Below the pieces are notes generated by a model that made no database searches, had not been told where the DNA came from, and saw nothing but the letters and a program-made list of their open reading frames with translations. A stretch of 63,659 bases of DNA, the filler included, from Octopus bimaculoides (Eukaryota): NCBI RefSeq assembly GCF_001194135.2. It is 6 parts of 6 records of this genome, joined end to end, with 100 filler letters (N's around TTAATTAATTAA, not from the genome) between each part and the next. Parts side by side here need not be neighbours in the genome. Positions count along the whole stretch, not along the records: positions 45,796 to 58,547 come from NC_068996.1; positions 58,648 to 61,242 come from NC_068983.1; positions 61,343 to 63,659 come from NC_068995.1; 3 more parts are not named here. One strand, given 5' to 3'. Every line of letters begins with the position of its first letter. Within the stretch, counting starts at the first letter, position 1. This document shows positions 49,201-62,189 of this stretch, one piece after another. The position numbers were made by a program, and so were the translations under genes.

Positions 49201-49204
49201 TGAC

Positions 49205-49327
49205 CTTATGAGCAAAATTGGGCAATACAAAAGAGGCACTGTGGACAGCTGAATTGTAGTATTTGTAACCATTGGCATCAACTTCATCTTCTGTCAAAGT
49301 TCGAACTGGTTTAGATAAATCTCTCAT
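49205..49327 (-). CDS. SRM: spermidine synthase, penultimate-type exon (MRDLSKPVRTLTEDEVDANGYKYYNSAVHSASFVLPNFAHK)
   Basis: 123 nt, AG/GT bounded, phase 0-0; KYYN..VH.A.FVLP.FA.K signature; same length as the equivalent human exon as I recall it. Confidence 0.95.
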
Positions 49328-50591
49328 CTAACAAAGAAAAACAAAATACAACAAATTATATACTGCTCGAATTCTGCCTTAATTACTAACGTGAGTAAGC
49401 ATGAAGATGAGCTTGCTAGATTCAGGGTGTTCAAAAATTATTTTGACAAATCCCATAATTTATGATCTTGATGTGTTGCGTACAAACAATGGAGACCATA
49501 TGGAAGTGTTCTCATGTTTCTAATAAAACTTTATCTTTCTGCCTATGTTATCCATATTCTTCATTTTTGCTGAATCTTTCAAATTGTAAATGTAATATAT
49601 ATGGACTCCCTGTATTTCACATATTCTTTTATTTGTTTCAATCATTTGATTACAGCCATGCTGGAGCACTGCCTTTAGTCGAGCAAAATAAACCCAGTAC
49701 TTATTCTATCAGTCTCTTTTGCTGACCCAGTAAGTTACGGGGACATAAACACACCAGCATCAGTTGTCAAGCAATGTTGCGGGGACAAACACAGACGTAC
49801 AAACACACATGCGTGCACGTGGACACACACACAGTTTCCGCCTACCAAATCCACTCATAAGGCTTTGGTCGGCCTGAGGCTATAGTAGAAGACACTTGCC
49901 CAAGGTGCCACGCAGTGGGACTGAACTCAGAAACAAGTGGTTGGAAAGCAAGCTTCTTACCACACAGCCACTCCTGCGCCTAGTAGTAAAAATTAAAATG
50001 TGGTTAGGGTTAGGAACCAGAATATAAGGAGAACCGATACAAACGAAAGAAGGACAGCAGTCTGTGACATATCTCTCTCTGGTCAGATTATTGGAAGTTT
50101 ATGTAAAGAAAAAAAGTTGTGGTTCTGCAGTAAGAAGTTTGCTTCTCAATTACATGGTTCTAGGTTCAGTCCTATTGCATGGTATCTTGGGCATGTATCT
50201 TCTACTATAGCCCCTGACTGACCAAAACCTTATGAGTGAATTTGGTAGACAGAAACTGAAAGAAACATGTCATGTCATTGTGTGTGTGTGTGTGTGTGTG
50301 TTACTGTCACCTTGCCTTGACATCATGTGATGGTTAGTAAACAAATGTTATCATCATTACAAGCAGTATCCTTCCTTTCCAATCTTCCATGGGAACATGT
50401 CCAGTCAAAGGGAAATATTAACTTGAAAACAAGTAAGGGTTGACAACAGGAAGGGCATCCAGCTGCAGAAAATCCAAGTCAAAATGATCAGGTAAGAATT
50501 TATTTATTATTCAGTTGAAGGATGGCAACTTCACATCCTCTTGACATACGCAAGTTCTTCTAGAACAGAGATTAATGTGACTGAAGTTTAA

Positions 50592-50811
50592 TCCTTTAGC
50601 ATTCAGATGGCTTTGTCTAATGTAATGCTTATTTATACACATTGTTTAGAATTAATCATGCATTATCTCGTAGCTTTGAGACTTTGACGATATGATTGCA
50701 CCTTTTCAGAATGACATTGCATGGTAGGTGTGAGAGGCTGGATCTGGCTGGTTTGAACATAAAACATGTAGAATATCTGGGCTGGATATGACAAGTTTGA
50801 ATGCTAAAGGA
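50592..50811. mobile_element. piggyBac-type MITE in SRM intron
   Basis: TTAA|TCCTTTAGCATTCA ... TGAATGCTAAAGGA|TTAA; related copies at about 52580-52756 and 54851-55252. Confidence 0.85.
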
Positions 50812-52815
50812 TTAAATGAACTATGCTGTAGTGCCAGTATCTAATCAGGGATCAAGCATTTTCTGATTACAAAAAAGACAAACTGTCGGGATAAAATTTC
50901 AGAAATCACCACCACTGTCATTGTCACCACCACTGTCATTGTCACCACCATCATCATTTAACATCCATGTTTCATGCTGCCATTTGTTTGGACAGTCAGA
51001 CGGGATCTGATGGTTCCAATGTCTGCTTTAGAATGGTTTCTATAGTTGGATGCCCTTCTTAATGCCAACCGCTTCACATGTAACTGGGTGCTTTTTATAT
51101 GACACCAGCACTAGTGAAGTTGCCATGAGGCTTGCAAGACTACAAAACCCACCAAGGGACAGGGTGGTCAGCTTTATGCTATGGATTAAGAGGATATGGA
51201 GGTGGGAGGGGGGACAGAGCAGGTTCTTGTAGAACTGCATGGTTACATTTAGTAAGGGAGGGAGAAAATAATCAGCAGGAGCTGAGAAGAGAGATTAGAG
51301 GTAGCTCCTCAAGACCATAGGTAGAAGTGGATGAGTGGGACGAGGTTGGGGGTTTGCAAGATTGTATTGAGAGCTGGAGGTAAGGGGACGGGGAGGCAGC
51401 CTGCAACTATGAAAATATTGGGCAGGGTTGAAGTGTCAGGAGTTGGTGAAGGGTGGTGGGATGCAGGTGGGAGCAGGGAGGGGAGAGTAGTAGGATAGTA
51501 ACCACACAGTTGACAGGGGGGAGGGAGAAGAGAGATGACAAGGTGAGGCTGGCTGCAGGGAGTGTGGGTGGGGCACAAAAAAACCCACATTGCTCATTGA
51601 GGAAGGAGGGCAGACTGTTGCATGGTGACATAGAGAACTGCCGATGGCTGCCTGCATTACTGACAAAGTTTTGTAAGTGAAAGTAATAGATTAGTGGTCA
51701 GTAAAGGTCAGTGCCACCAACTCCCTCGTGGGGGTAGGTGGCACTGTTTTATTTTGTGTTGTTATAAGTTAGGGTAGGTCCTTGCAGAAAAGGAAATATT
51801 TCAAAGATAGAAAGTGGGTCAAGAGTATTGTCTGATGTTAATGGAAGCAATGCCATAAAGAGTAGTGCTTGTTTTAGATAGGAATAATCAGAAATAAGAA
51901 TTTTATTATTTGGCAATTGTGTGTATATTGCAGTGAGGAATGTAGGGGCTTGCACAAGAGGTTGGAAGGGGTTTTGTTGTGCACTTACTTTGAAGAATTG
52001 GAAACAAAACGTGTATCAAATACAATGACATTATCTATGGGTTTCATATTTAGTCGACTCCTGGTCAAGGAATGGTGGGTTGAGTAAAACTCCCATAAAT
52101 GCAGAAGAGATCTTTTAGGAATCCATTGCTTTATTATCATAATAGTATTTGAATGGTAAACAAATGCTACCCAATCGGTGGGGGTGATCTCTCCTACTAA
52201 TTGCTGTAGGCAAGGCTTTTCACCTGTAATTCATTTGGGAATTTTTGGTTCATCATCATTTCACATCCGTTTTCTATGCTGGCATGGATTGGACAGTTTG
52301 ACTGGGGACTGGCAGGCCAGGAGGCTGCACTAGGCTCCAATCTGATCTGGCAATGTTTCTACAACTGGATGCCCTTCCTAATGCCAACCACTCTGAGAGT
52401 GTAGTGGGTGCTTTTTACATGCCACTGGCATGGGAGCCAGTCAGGCAGCACTGGCATTGGCCACATGGCACTGGCATCAGATGTAGCAAAAAAATGTACT
52501 AAGAAGGAAAGTACCAGTCTACTGTTTACTGCCACAAGGGTGAAGCACAGGCATATGTACATTATCTATTCTTGTTTTAAACCTTTAACACTTAAACCAG
52601 CCATTTCCAGCCTCTCACACCCACTTAGTCATTCTAAAAATGAACAATTATATTGTTGAAATCGCAAATCTACAACGTAATGCAGAATTAATTCAAACCA
52701 ATATGAATAAATAGGCATTATATTTTTCAGAATAATCTGATTGCTAATGGGTTAAAGCAAGTTTTGGAAAATTTCTCTTATACCTGAATTATTAAGGGAT
52801 TTAATGAATACTTAC

Positions 52816-52958
52816 CGTGTTGCTGCAAAGAACTAAACCAATTTGCCCACAGGCATAAGTTGCAAGGGTGCAATTTGCATATGACACACATGGAAATACT
52901 GCCCGGCATTTCTTCAGAACATCTTGAATTAACTCTTTATCTAACCAAATATTTTCAC
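52816..52958 (-). CDS. SRM: spermidine synthase exon (GENIWLDKELIQDVLKKCRAVFPCVSYANCTLATYACGQIGLVLCSNT)
   Basis: 143 nt, TTTCCAG acceptor, GTAAGT donor, phase 1-0; aligns to the ..W...LI......LFP.V.Y....TY..GQIG..LCS segment. Confidence 0.93.
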
Positions 52959-54315
52959 CTGGAAATTGAAATATCAATACAAAAAAAGTAATGAAAAATC
53001 AATGACAATTGTTTGATTCAACATGATTAATATGTGCTCAAAGCAGCCCTAAAGACCCAGTACATTTAATCTATGAAAAAACATCCCAAAACTGAGAGAG
53101 AGAAAGGGGGAGGAGAGAGAGAGAGAGAGAGAGAGAGAAAGGGGGAGGAGAGAGAGAGAGAGAGAAAGGGGGAGGAGAGAGAAAGTAGCAGATGCATCAC
53201 TAATCTTGTTTGTAAACCTCAGCTAGTTCTAGAACCCTTCATTGTATTCATCTGATCCATTAGACGTGAAAGCAAAAGAAATTAGCTTCCCATCCAATCA
53301 GTGATCATGTAATAGAACTGGCCACACACTTTTAAAACAAAACAAAACCTTGATATTTTCAATTTTAATTTATAATCTCACATGGATGTCATTACAAACA
53401 AATGAGATTTACAATAATTTTTTTTTAGATGTTCCTCAGAAAAATGGAACTGACTGATATTTATTGTGTAAATGATATTAATTAGTGTAATGTTGTAACC
53501 ATAGAAACATAAATCTTATTATAGTGATGCTTATACACTGATATGTGTATATGTGACCAAAAAACAAACTCTCTCTCTTCTGTTACCTTCCTATATTAAT
53601 TTCAGTCAGTACCAGTTGCATTAACAAACTGCTTTCCCACATTCTGAGACCCGGAATTAAATTAGGTTCCTGTTACTCTAATATTCTCTCAACCAAGCCA
53701 TTTTGGTAAACAGCAAATGGTCTCATAATTTATAGGACTAAATGTTACCACTAACTTTGTGATAATGATGATGATAATAAGAATAATGTTTTAGTACAGG
53801 GTCAGCAGTTTTTGAGTAGAGGGGAAAGTTGATTACATCGACCCCTAGTACGTAACTGGTACTTATTTTATCGACTCCCAAAAGGATGAAAAGATGAAGT
53901 CAACATCACAGACTGTGAACTCAGAACGTAAAGTCAGAAGAAATTCCACTAAGCATTTGGGCCAGCATACTAATGGTTCCACCAGCTGACCACAATAATA
54001 ATAATAATAATAACAATCATCATTGTCATGTAGCAGACACTGGATTGCTTGCCACAATTTGAATCAGTTTTTATTTAGAGTTACTGCCCCCCTCCCTCCA
54101 ATATGGAGGGAATGGACTAGTCGATTACATTGACCCCAGTGTGTAACTGGTACTTATTTCATTGAGCCTGAAATGATGAAAGGCAAAAGTTGACCTCACT
54201 GGAATTTGAACTCAGAAAGTTAAGAGAGATGAAATGCTGCCAAGCACTTTGTCCCCCATGCTAATTACATGGCAAGCTTGCAGCCTTATCTTATAACGAG
54301 GAAGAATAACCTTAC

Positions 54316-54399
54316 CTTGGTTACACATAATGCCATCTGGTTTCAATGCTTTGTGAATTAACTTATAAAATCGTAGTTCGAATAAACCCTCAGCTGGCC
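54316..54399 (-). CDS. SRM: spermidine synthase exon (GPAEGLFELRFYKLIHKALKPDGIMCNQ)
   Basis: 84 nt, phase 1-1, AG/GTAAG boundaries; GPA..LF...Y.....ALK.DG....QG signature. Confidence 0.96.
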
Positions 54400-55451
54400 C
54401 TATGAAAGGAAGTGAAAGAATAAAAGCTTTTAAATGACAGTGTACTTCATGCAAATAAAAGGGGGCAAAAACATACTTTGATGTTAAGCTGCTGAAAGGA
54501 CAGAAAACAAGGACAACAAAAATATTAGACTTGCAGGAGTTTTGCAGCTGGATGCATTTGTGGAATGATGTCTGTGACCTGCCAGTTTACAAAAGACAAA
54601 GTTAATAATTTATTACATAGCAATAGGCATGGCTACAAGTATACAGAGTTTGCTTTGAATTTTGTGGTCTGAAGTTCAATCTCAATGCATGGAATCATGA
54701 GCTTGGTGTTTTCTTCTGTAGCCTTAACCAGGCCAATTTTTTGTGAGTGAAATTAAAAATACATTGTGTGTGTGTGTGTGTGTGTGTGTAAATGTTTACT
54801 TCTAAGTGTCTTTGCGTGGCATTATTTGAATGATGATGATATTGCTCAGCCCTTTAGCATTTAATCTAGCTACATCCGGCCCAAATATTCTACCTATTTT
54901 ATGTTCAGATGGGCTAGATCTGGCATCTCACACCTATCCTACAATGTTATTCTAAAAATATACAAACACACTCATGCCAGTGGCAGGTAAAAAGCACCTA
55001 GCACATTCTGTAAAGTGGTTGGCATTAGGAAGGGCATCCAGCTGTAGAAACCATACCACGACAGACAGTTGGAGTCTGGACAGCACCCTGCTAGCTAGCT
55101 CCATGCCAGCATGGAAAGCAGATATTAAATGATGATGATGGTTATGATACCATTGAAATCTCAAAGCTATAAGATAATACATAATTAATTCAAAACAATG
55201 AGATTAAACAAGCATTACCTTTGACAAAGTAATCTGAATGTCAAAGGGTTAAAACCCTTGTAAAGAATGCATCCTGTAAGACCCAGCAAGACGAAGAACA
55301 GGAAAATGGCTGCATAAAAATCTCATCTAACCAATTCCAGCATAAAGATTGGGGGAAGAAAAATTATGTCATGATGGCAGTTGCATTGATAAAAACTATA
55401 ACGAACTGATTAGAACAGAAAGCAATATAGAAGAAACAAGAGTAAAAAAAA

Positions 55452-55927
55452 ATGAGCAAAGAAGTTCTACTGCAACATTTTGAAGCATTTGAGGAAGGAT
55501 ATTTGACAAAGGTGACCGGAACTGTGGAGCGCAAAGAATTGGATTCTTCACAATAACGATGCACCGGATCACCAAACTCTCCTCATTTGTGAGTTTCTAG
55601 CCAAAAACAACATGGCATCACATCTGCACCTGCCCTATTTGTCAGATTTAGCACCTGTGGATTTCAGTCTCTTCCTTAAGATGAAAAGGCAGCTCAAAGG
55701 TCGCCATTTTAACACTGTTGTCAAGATTCAGAGTGAATCACAGAAGGTCCTCGACTTGCTTATGGAAAGTGACTTCCAGGCCAGTTTCTAAAAGTGGCAG
55801 GAACATTACAACTGGTGTATTGCTGTGCAAGGTGACTATTTAACAAAGATGTTAAAACTTAGGTAAATAAGTTATTATTTTTATCAAACACAACTAAGTC
55901 CAGGAGCGTTTTTGATACCACCTTGTA
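55452..55927 (+). mobile_element. mariner (DD34D) 3' fragment with right TIR
   Basis: WILHNNDAPDH..HLPYLSDLAPVDFSLF.KMKRQLKGRHF..W.EHYNWCIAVQGDY; ends GTTTTTGATACCACCTTG|TA. Confidence 0.85.
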
Positions 55928-56808
55928 TATTACTCTACCTTTAGTATTTGAGTAATATTTTCCTCCCACCTTGTTTGCTTCTATGTGCTTATTTGTGTAT
56001 ATGTTATCGTCATTTAACATCCATTTTCCATGGTGGCCACAACAGATTCCGTTGTCTGTTCTGGACTGGTTTCTGCTATTGGATGTCCTTCCTAATGCCA
56101 ACCACTGTACAGTGTACTAGGTGTGCTTTTAATGTACCCAGTGCATTCGGTAAAGTGGTCGGCGTTAGGAAGGGCATCCAACTGCAGAAACCAAAACACA
56201 GACTATGGAACGTAGTGCGGCCCCTGGCTTTACCAGCTCTAACCAAACCATCCGACCCTTGCCACCATGGAAAATGGACATTGACTGGTGACATATCTAT
56301 ATTATAATATATATATATATATGGCTTAATGAAGTGATTTTCATAATGTTAAATTCTTACAGAAATGTTATTGAAGCAATAATTTTTACAGCGCCTACTG
56401 AAGTGGACATGACAATAATTATCTTAAAATTGATTGAGAAATGGAAATTTTTGCTCAAAGTTTTTTTCAAGATTTTTATACCCAGTATTCCAGTTGTGAA
56501 AACTTTATTTACTAAAATCAATTTCATATTCAGGAGGAACTTTTTAGAACCACAAACATACAAGAGGCCTTTAAAAAAAATATCAGACATCTCTGCAAGA
56601 ACGGGACAGTGCTACTTTCATTGTTCTGCACTCACAATAGATTTTTGCATAGCACGGAAGCAGTTGTGATTTTCTGGTTACCTATGCAGCTGCATGTCTA
56701 CATTATGGTTGATCTACATCACAAATTCTTTAAAAGACGACACTTCCTCCTCATTGATCACAAATAATAAATGTTGATCACATGACTACAACCAAAATAT
56801 TTCCTTAC

Positions 56809-56962
56809 CAACAGGATCTGTGGAATCAGTAATGATGACATCAAATTTTCCTTCACATTTTTCAAGGTATTCAACACCATCAGCAATACATAATTCTAAC
56901 TTGGGATGAGACAGACCAACAGCCATTCCAGGAAGATATTTTTTGCTGACATTACAAACTTC
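56809..56962 (-). CDS. SRM: spermidine synthase exon (EVCNVSKKYLPGMAVGLSHPKLELCIADGVEYLEKCEGKFDVIITDSTDPV)
   Basis: 154 nt, CACAG acceptor, GTAAGG donor, phase 0-1; contains the FDVIITDS.DP catalytic motif. Confidence 0.97.
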
Positions 56963-57249
56963 CTGTGAAGATTAAAGAAATATAAAAAAAAAAAAAAAAA
57001 GGAAATGATTATTAATGATTTTCAAGTCACCAATGTCTTTATCCACTGCTGGATAAAGATTGAGCATGGTTTTATCACTTTATCTCTGCTCATTGTAACC
57101 AATACACACACACACACACACACACACACATATCCATATCTTGGTGCATAGTCACTGTGGATCCTAAGTAGGCATACTCTTTTACCTACGAGATCTCATC
57201 GCTTCCCACCTCTATAAGAGCAGGATAGAAAGCATTTAACTCAATAAAG

Positions 57250-57640
57250 GATGTGCTCCAAATGAATACAGACAAAACCATGCATGCCAGACTCTTTAAA
57301 AGCACCGTTCTAGCTGTGCTCTTAGATACAAGTGAGATGTGGACCACTACAAAAAGAATAGAGCATCAATTGGTTACAATGCAAAGGCCATGGAAACATC
57401 CATGTTTGGAATATCACTTAGAGAGCACATTCAGAATGAGATAAATCAAGAATGGAATGGAGTGAACGATGTGATTGCAGAGTACCAAAAACACAAGTTC
57501 TGCTGGGCCATACTATGTTGCAAGGTTTGCAGACAACAGGTGGAGCTGTGCAGTTGCTGAGTAGAATCTAAGAGATGAGAAAAAGCCTCCAAGATGATGG
57601 GGAAATGATTTAGTCAAGCAATTTGGGTCAGGATGGAAAA
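57250..57640 (+). mobile_element. decayed RTE-like LINE C-terminal fragment
   Basis: RLFKSTVLAVLLDTSEMWTTTK..K..WA in broken frames. Confidence 0.6.
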
Positions 57641-58647
57641 GGATATGGTGCAACTAAGAATTGGAAGCGCATTGTGACCAACGGTGTGTAACAGCATCCG
57701 ATGGCCTGGTCAGTACTGTGATATATACACACACACACACATATATGTATGCATATACACACACACATGCAAAGTAGAAATGAACTTGTGCCTGAGTACA
57801 ACGACTTCTCAGACACAATGCCACTTCTTAAAAGATCAACAGTAGTGGTGATATAATGCAGGTAACCAGAAAATCACACCTGCTCTCATGCTATGCAAAA
57901 TCAACCAAGTACCACCATGAGTTAGGAATGTGGTGGTGGTCGAGACCAACACAGAAAGACACATACACGACAGGCCTCTTTCAGTTTCCCTCAAACAAAT
58001 GCACTCAGAAGGTTTGGTCAGCTCAAAGCTATAGCAGAAGACACTTGCCCAAGATGCCACACACTGAGACCGAACCCAAAACCATGCGGTTGGGAAGCAA
58101 GCTTCTTACTACACAGTTACACCTATCAGCATGGCAGCAGCTCTGAGCTGAAACTACAGAAGAAAAAAAAGGAGTGGCTGTGTGGTAAGAAGCTTGCTTA
58201 CTAACCACATGGTTTCGGGTTCAGTCCCACTGCGTGGCATCTTGGGCAAGTGTCTTCTACTATAGCCTCAGGCCGACCAAAGCCTTCTGAGTGGATTTGG
58301 TAGACAGAAACTGAAAGAAGCCCGTCGTATATATGTATATGTGTGTGTGTGTGTGTCTGTGTTCGTCCCCCTAGCATTACTTGACAACCGATGCCGGTGT
58401 ATTTATGTCTCTGTCACTTATCAGTTTGGCAAAAGAGAGCAATAGAATAAGTACTGGGCTTACAAAGAATAAGTCCTGGGGTCGATATGCTCGACTAAAG
58501 GCGGTGCTCCAGCATGGCCACAGTCAAATGACTGAAACAAGTAAAAGNNNNNNNNNNNNNNNNNNNNNNNNNNNNNNNNNNNNNNNNNNNNTTAATTAAT
58601 TAANNNNNNNNNNNNNNNNNNNNNNNNNNNNNNNNNNNNNNNNNNNN

Positions 58648-58705
<58 letters not shown>

Positions 58706-59643
58706 GCAGCATCAAATGAAATTTATGTGTTCAATAATATCTAACAGGTTTGTGTACACTTGGACATGGGAAGACTTTCCACTGCAGAAATTGTCTTGGG
58801 AGAAAATTTTCCTCTTATAAATGATGTCATCAAATCATAGTATGAATGCATATCTTTACACTTCAGCAGCTGCAAATATCGGATCGGTCATTCATAGACC
58901 TGTAGGAACAGTCATTCTTATATATATATGTATATATATAAACAGCTAATAGAACAATTGCTAATGTCTAGTAAGCGAATGCCCCACTTTATTGGATGCA
59001 TTCATAAATGGGGGTGTATGTGGTGAATGTAATGTCCAAGATGGAGACTCATAAAGTATATTTATGATTTAGTGTCAACATCTGAGCCAAGTAGTCTTGT
59101 GAAATGTATGTGATCAGCACACAAGTCATAACAAGTATGATTAGCATATATTTTGGGCTTTTGCATTTTTAATTTTTTGTAGGCACAGCTGTGTAAAAAA
59201 AATTTGCTTCTAAACCATGTGGTTTTTGGTTCAGTCCCACTGCATGGCACTTTGGGCAAGTGGATCAGATAGACAGAAACTGAAAGAAGTATGTCACACA
59301 CATATATATATAATGTGTGTGTGCATGGTGTAATGTGTTTGCATTTCTTTGTTTTTATGTGTTAGTTTTAGGTGAATGTCACTGTCATACAAGCTGTGTC
59401 ATTCATTTCCAGTCTTCAGTGAAAGCATATCTGCCCAAAGTGAAATGTTACCTTACTAGGAAACTGGTGAGAGTTGCTGAGAGGAAGGGCATCAGGCTGT
59501 AGAAAATGTGTCTCAATGAATTCTGTCTGACCCATGCAAGCATGGAAAGGAGGATATTAAAATGATGATGATGATCAATGGTTGTTGTTCAGATCTCAAT
59601 CACAAGTATTTCAGCTATAACTATCATGTCTTTTATTCCGACA

Positions 59644-59702
<59 letters not shown>

Positions 59703-60507
59703 CATATATATATATAAATGTATTGTTTAATGTGTTCTTCTCTAAGATACTAGAGTGTAATTGGAGGGAGATTTTGCGGATATTTCTAGTAGGCTAAGCA
59801 ACTGTGTTGAGGCTCTTTCATATGATTAATAACTTACAATGCTAAACTATGTACCACTTCATGAGGAGTTCAAACCTTGCTATGTTCTCCATTTTTGGGA
59901 AGGCATTGGTATTTAAATTTTTCTTCATACTTTAGTGTGCAAGCATGTCTGTGTGCATAAATATAAATATATATAGATAGATATAGTAACACCCATACTC
60001 ACACACACAGGCACACACATACATATATATACACTTTCAAGACATCCACTGCTACTGCTAATCAGGTCACCTAGGTAATAAAAAGTATCATCTACTTCTA
60101 ATAAGCCTTCTGAGCATTTAAAGGAATTTATTTCATGTCTTCTTATTGTGAACTATCCCCGTGCATCTATTATATATGAATTCTACCTTCTTTGCTAATG
60201 ATCCACTACACATAAAATTTACACTTGGTATGCCATATAGAATTTCTATCTACTCTTTTTCTATATAACAAGCATGGTTTCTCCCTTATGGTTGTAAGGT
60301 CTTATCTTTTGTACTTATATAAATTAAATATGTCAAAGTGACAAAACAAATAAATATAAAGAAAGTTTAATTTATTTAAAACCCACATCTCACTACCAAG
60401 CAGCAATACACTTAGTATATGTACATCACAGAAGAGGTAAAAGCTTCCTGAACTTTTTCCGCACTATTCTTTGTTTGGTAACTATGCTTTCTGAATACAA
60501 TGCACCT

Positions 60508-60553
<46 letters not shown>

Positions 60554-61749
60554 TGGAGTTGTGACTGAGTGATATGAAGTTTGCTTCCCAGCCACATGGT
60601 TTTAGGTTCAGTCTCACTCCATGGCAATTTGAGCAAGTGTCTTCTACTATAGCCCTGGGCTGATTAAAGCTTTTTGAGTGGATTTGGTGGATGGAAACTG
60701 AAAGAAGCCTGTCATATGTATGTATGTGTGTGTGTGTTGGAGGGGTGGGGGTTGTGTGTTACTGTATCTTGCTTTAACTTCATGTGATAGTTGTAACTGA
60801 ATGTCACCACCATGCAAGCAGTGTCCTTCATTTCCAATCTTCCATGTCTGATCATGGAAAGTTGTTACCTTATTTGAAAACAGGTGAGGATTGGCTACAG
60901 GAAGGGCATCTTGGTGTAGGAATTATGCCTCATATATTCTGTTTGACCAATCTGAGAATGGAAAAGTGGACAGTAAGACGATGATGATGATAAGTGTGTG
61001 TGTGTGTATGTATGTATCATCATCATCGTCGTTTAACGTCCGCTTTCCATGCTAGCATGGGTTGGACGATTTGACTGAGGACTGGTGAAACCGGATGGCA
61101 ACACCAGGCTCCAATCTAATTTGGCAGAGTTTCTACAGCTGGATGCCCTTCCTAACGCCAACCACTCAGAGAGTGTAGTGGGTGCTTTTACGTGTCACCC
61201 GCACGAAAACGGCCACGCTCGAAATGGTGTCTTTTATGTGCCNNNNNNNNNNNNNNNNNNNNNNNNNNNNNNNNNNNNNNNNNNNNTTAATTAATTAANN
61301 NNNNNNNNNNNNNNNNNNNNNNNNNNNNNNNNNNNNNNNNNNCTTTGTCAGTGTTTATTGAGCGAAAACACCTAAAGCTCCACGAGGCTCCGGCAGGGGA
61401 TGGTGCCGAACCCTGCTTAACTCTTCCACCACAACTTTCTCTCACTCTTACTTCCTGTTTCTGTTGTGCCTGTATTTCAAAGGGCCAGCCTTGTCACACT
61501 GTGTCACGCTGACTATCCCCGGGAACTACGTTAAGGTTACACGTGTCTATGGAGTGCTCAGCCACCTGCACGAGCAGGCTGTTCCGTTGATCGGATCAAC
61601 TGGACCCCTCGACGTCGTAAGCGACGGAGTGCCAACAACAACAACAATCATTATTTGGCATGAGTAACACCAGAAAATGTCTACATTGGTCGTTTAATTG
61701 GTTATAGATTTATTAAAAACATTCACATCTCTATTATATCATATTCTAT

Positions 61750-61930
61750 ATACAGTTCTGTATTTAAGAGAAGAGGAATTATGTACATTATTTACATTAT
61801 TTACATTTGACGGATATTTGTCCTCATCTTGTTTGTTGTTAACACAACGTTTCGGCTGATATCAGCCGAAACATTGTGTTAACAACAAACAAGATGAGGA
61901 CAAATATCCGTCAAATGTAAATAATGTAAA
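61750..61930. mobile_element. collapsed palindromic derivative of the hammerhead element (two 3' halves joined at GATATC)
   Basis: ..GTTAACACAACGTTTCGGCTGAT|ATCAGCCGAAACATTGTGTTAAC..; near-perfect ~70-bp arms; left end shared with 43252. Confidence 0.88.
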
Positions 61931-62189
61931 GAAGAAAAAACAAAGAAAGATGATGTGGAGAACCTAAGACTGGATTGTCATATTTGGAATGTGCTTGATC
62001 GTAGAACATCTCGATTAGGGCTCACCTGGGGCTGAACAATACAAGTAACTGCAATTTATTATTTTCTTTTTAACTTTACAATCGAAAACGAAATGTAATA
62101 TTGTTGTTCTATAGAAATATATTGATTGATAGGTCTGTGGGGACAGATTCGAAATCTTATTGTGTATGTGTTCTGAAAGACAATGAGAA

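Noticed and set aside
58741-58910. Candidate for the missing SRM GGGDGG exon
   Set aside because: All frames after the acceptor are closed and no GxGxG motif is present; the 5' exons probably lie in gaps or beyond the window.
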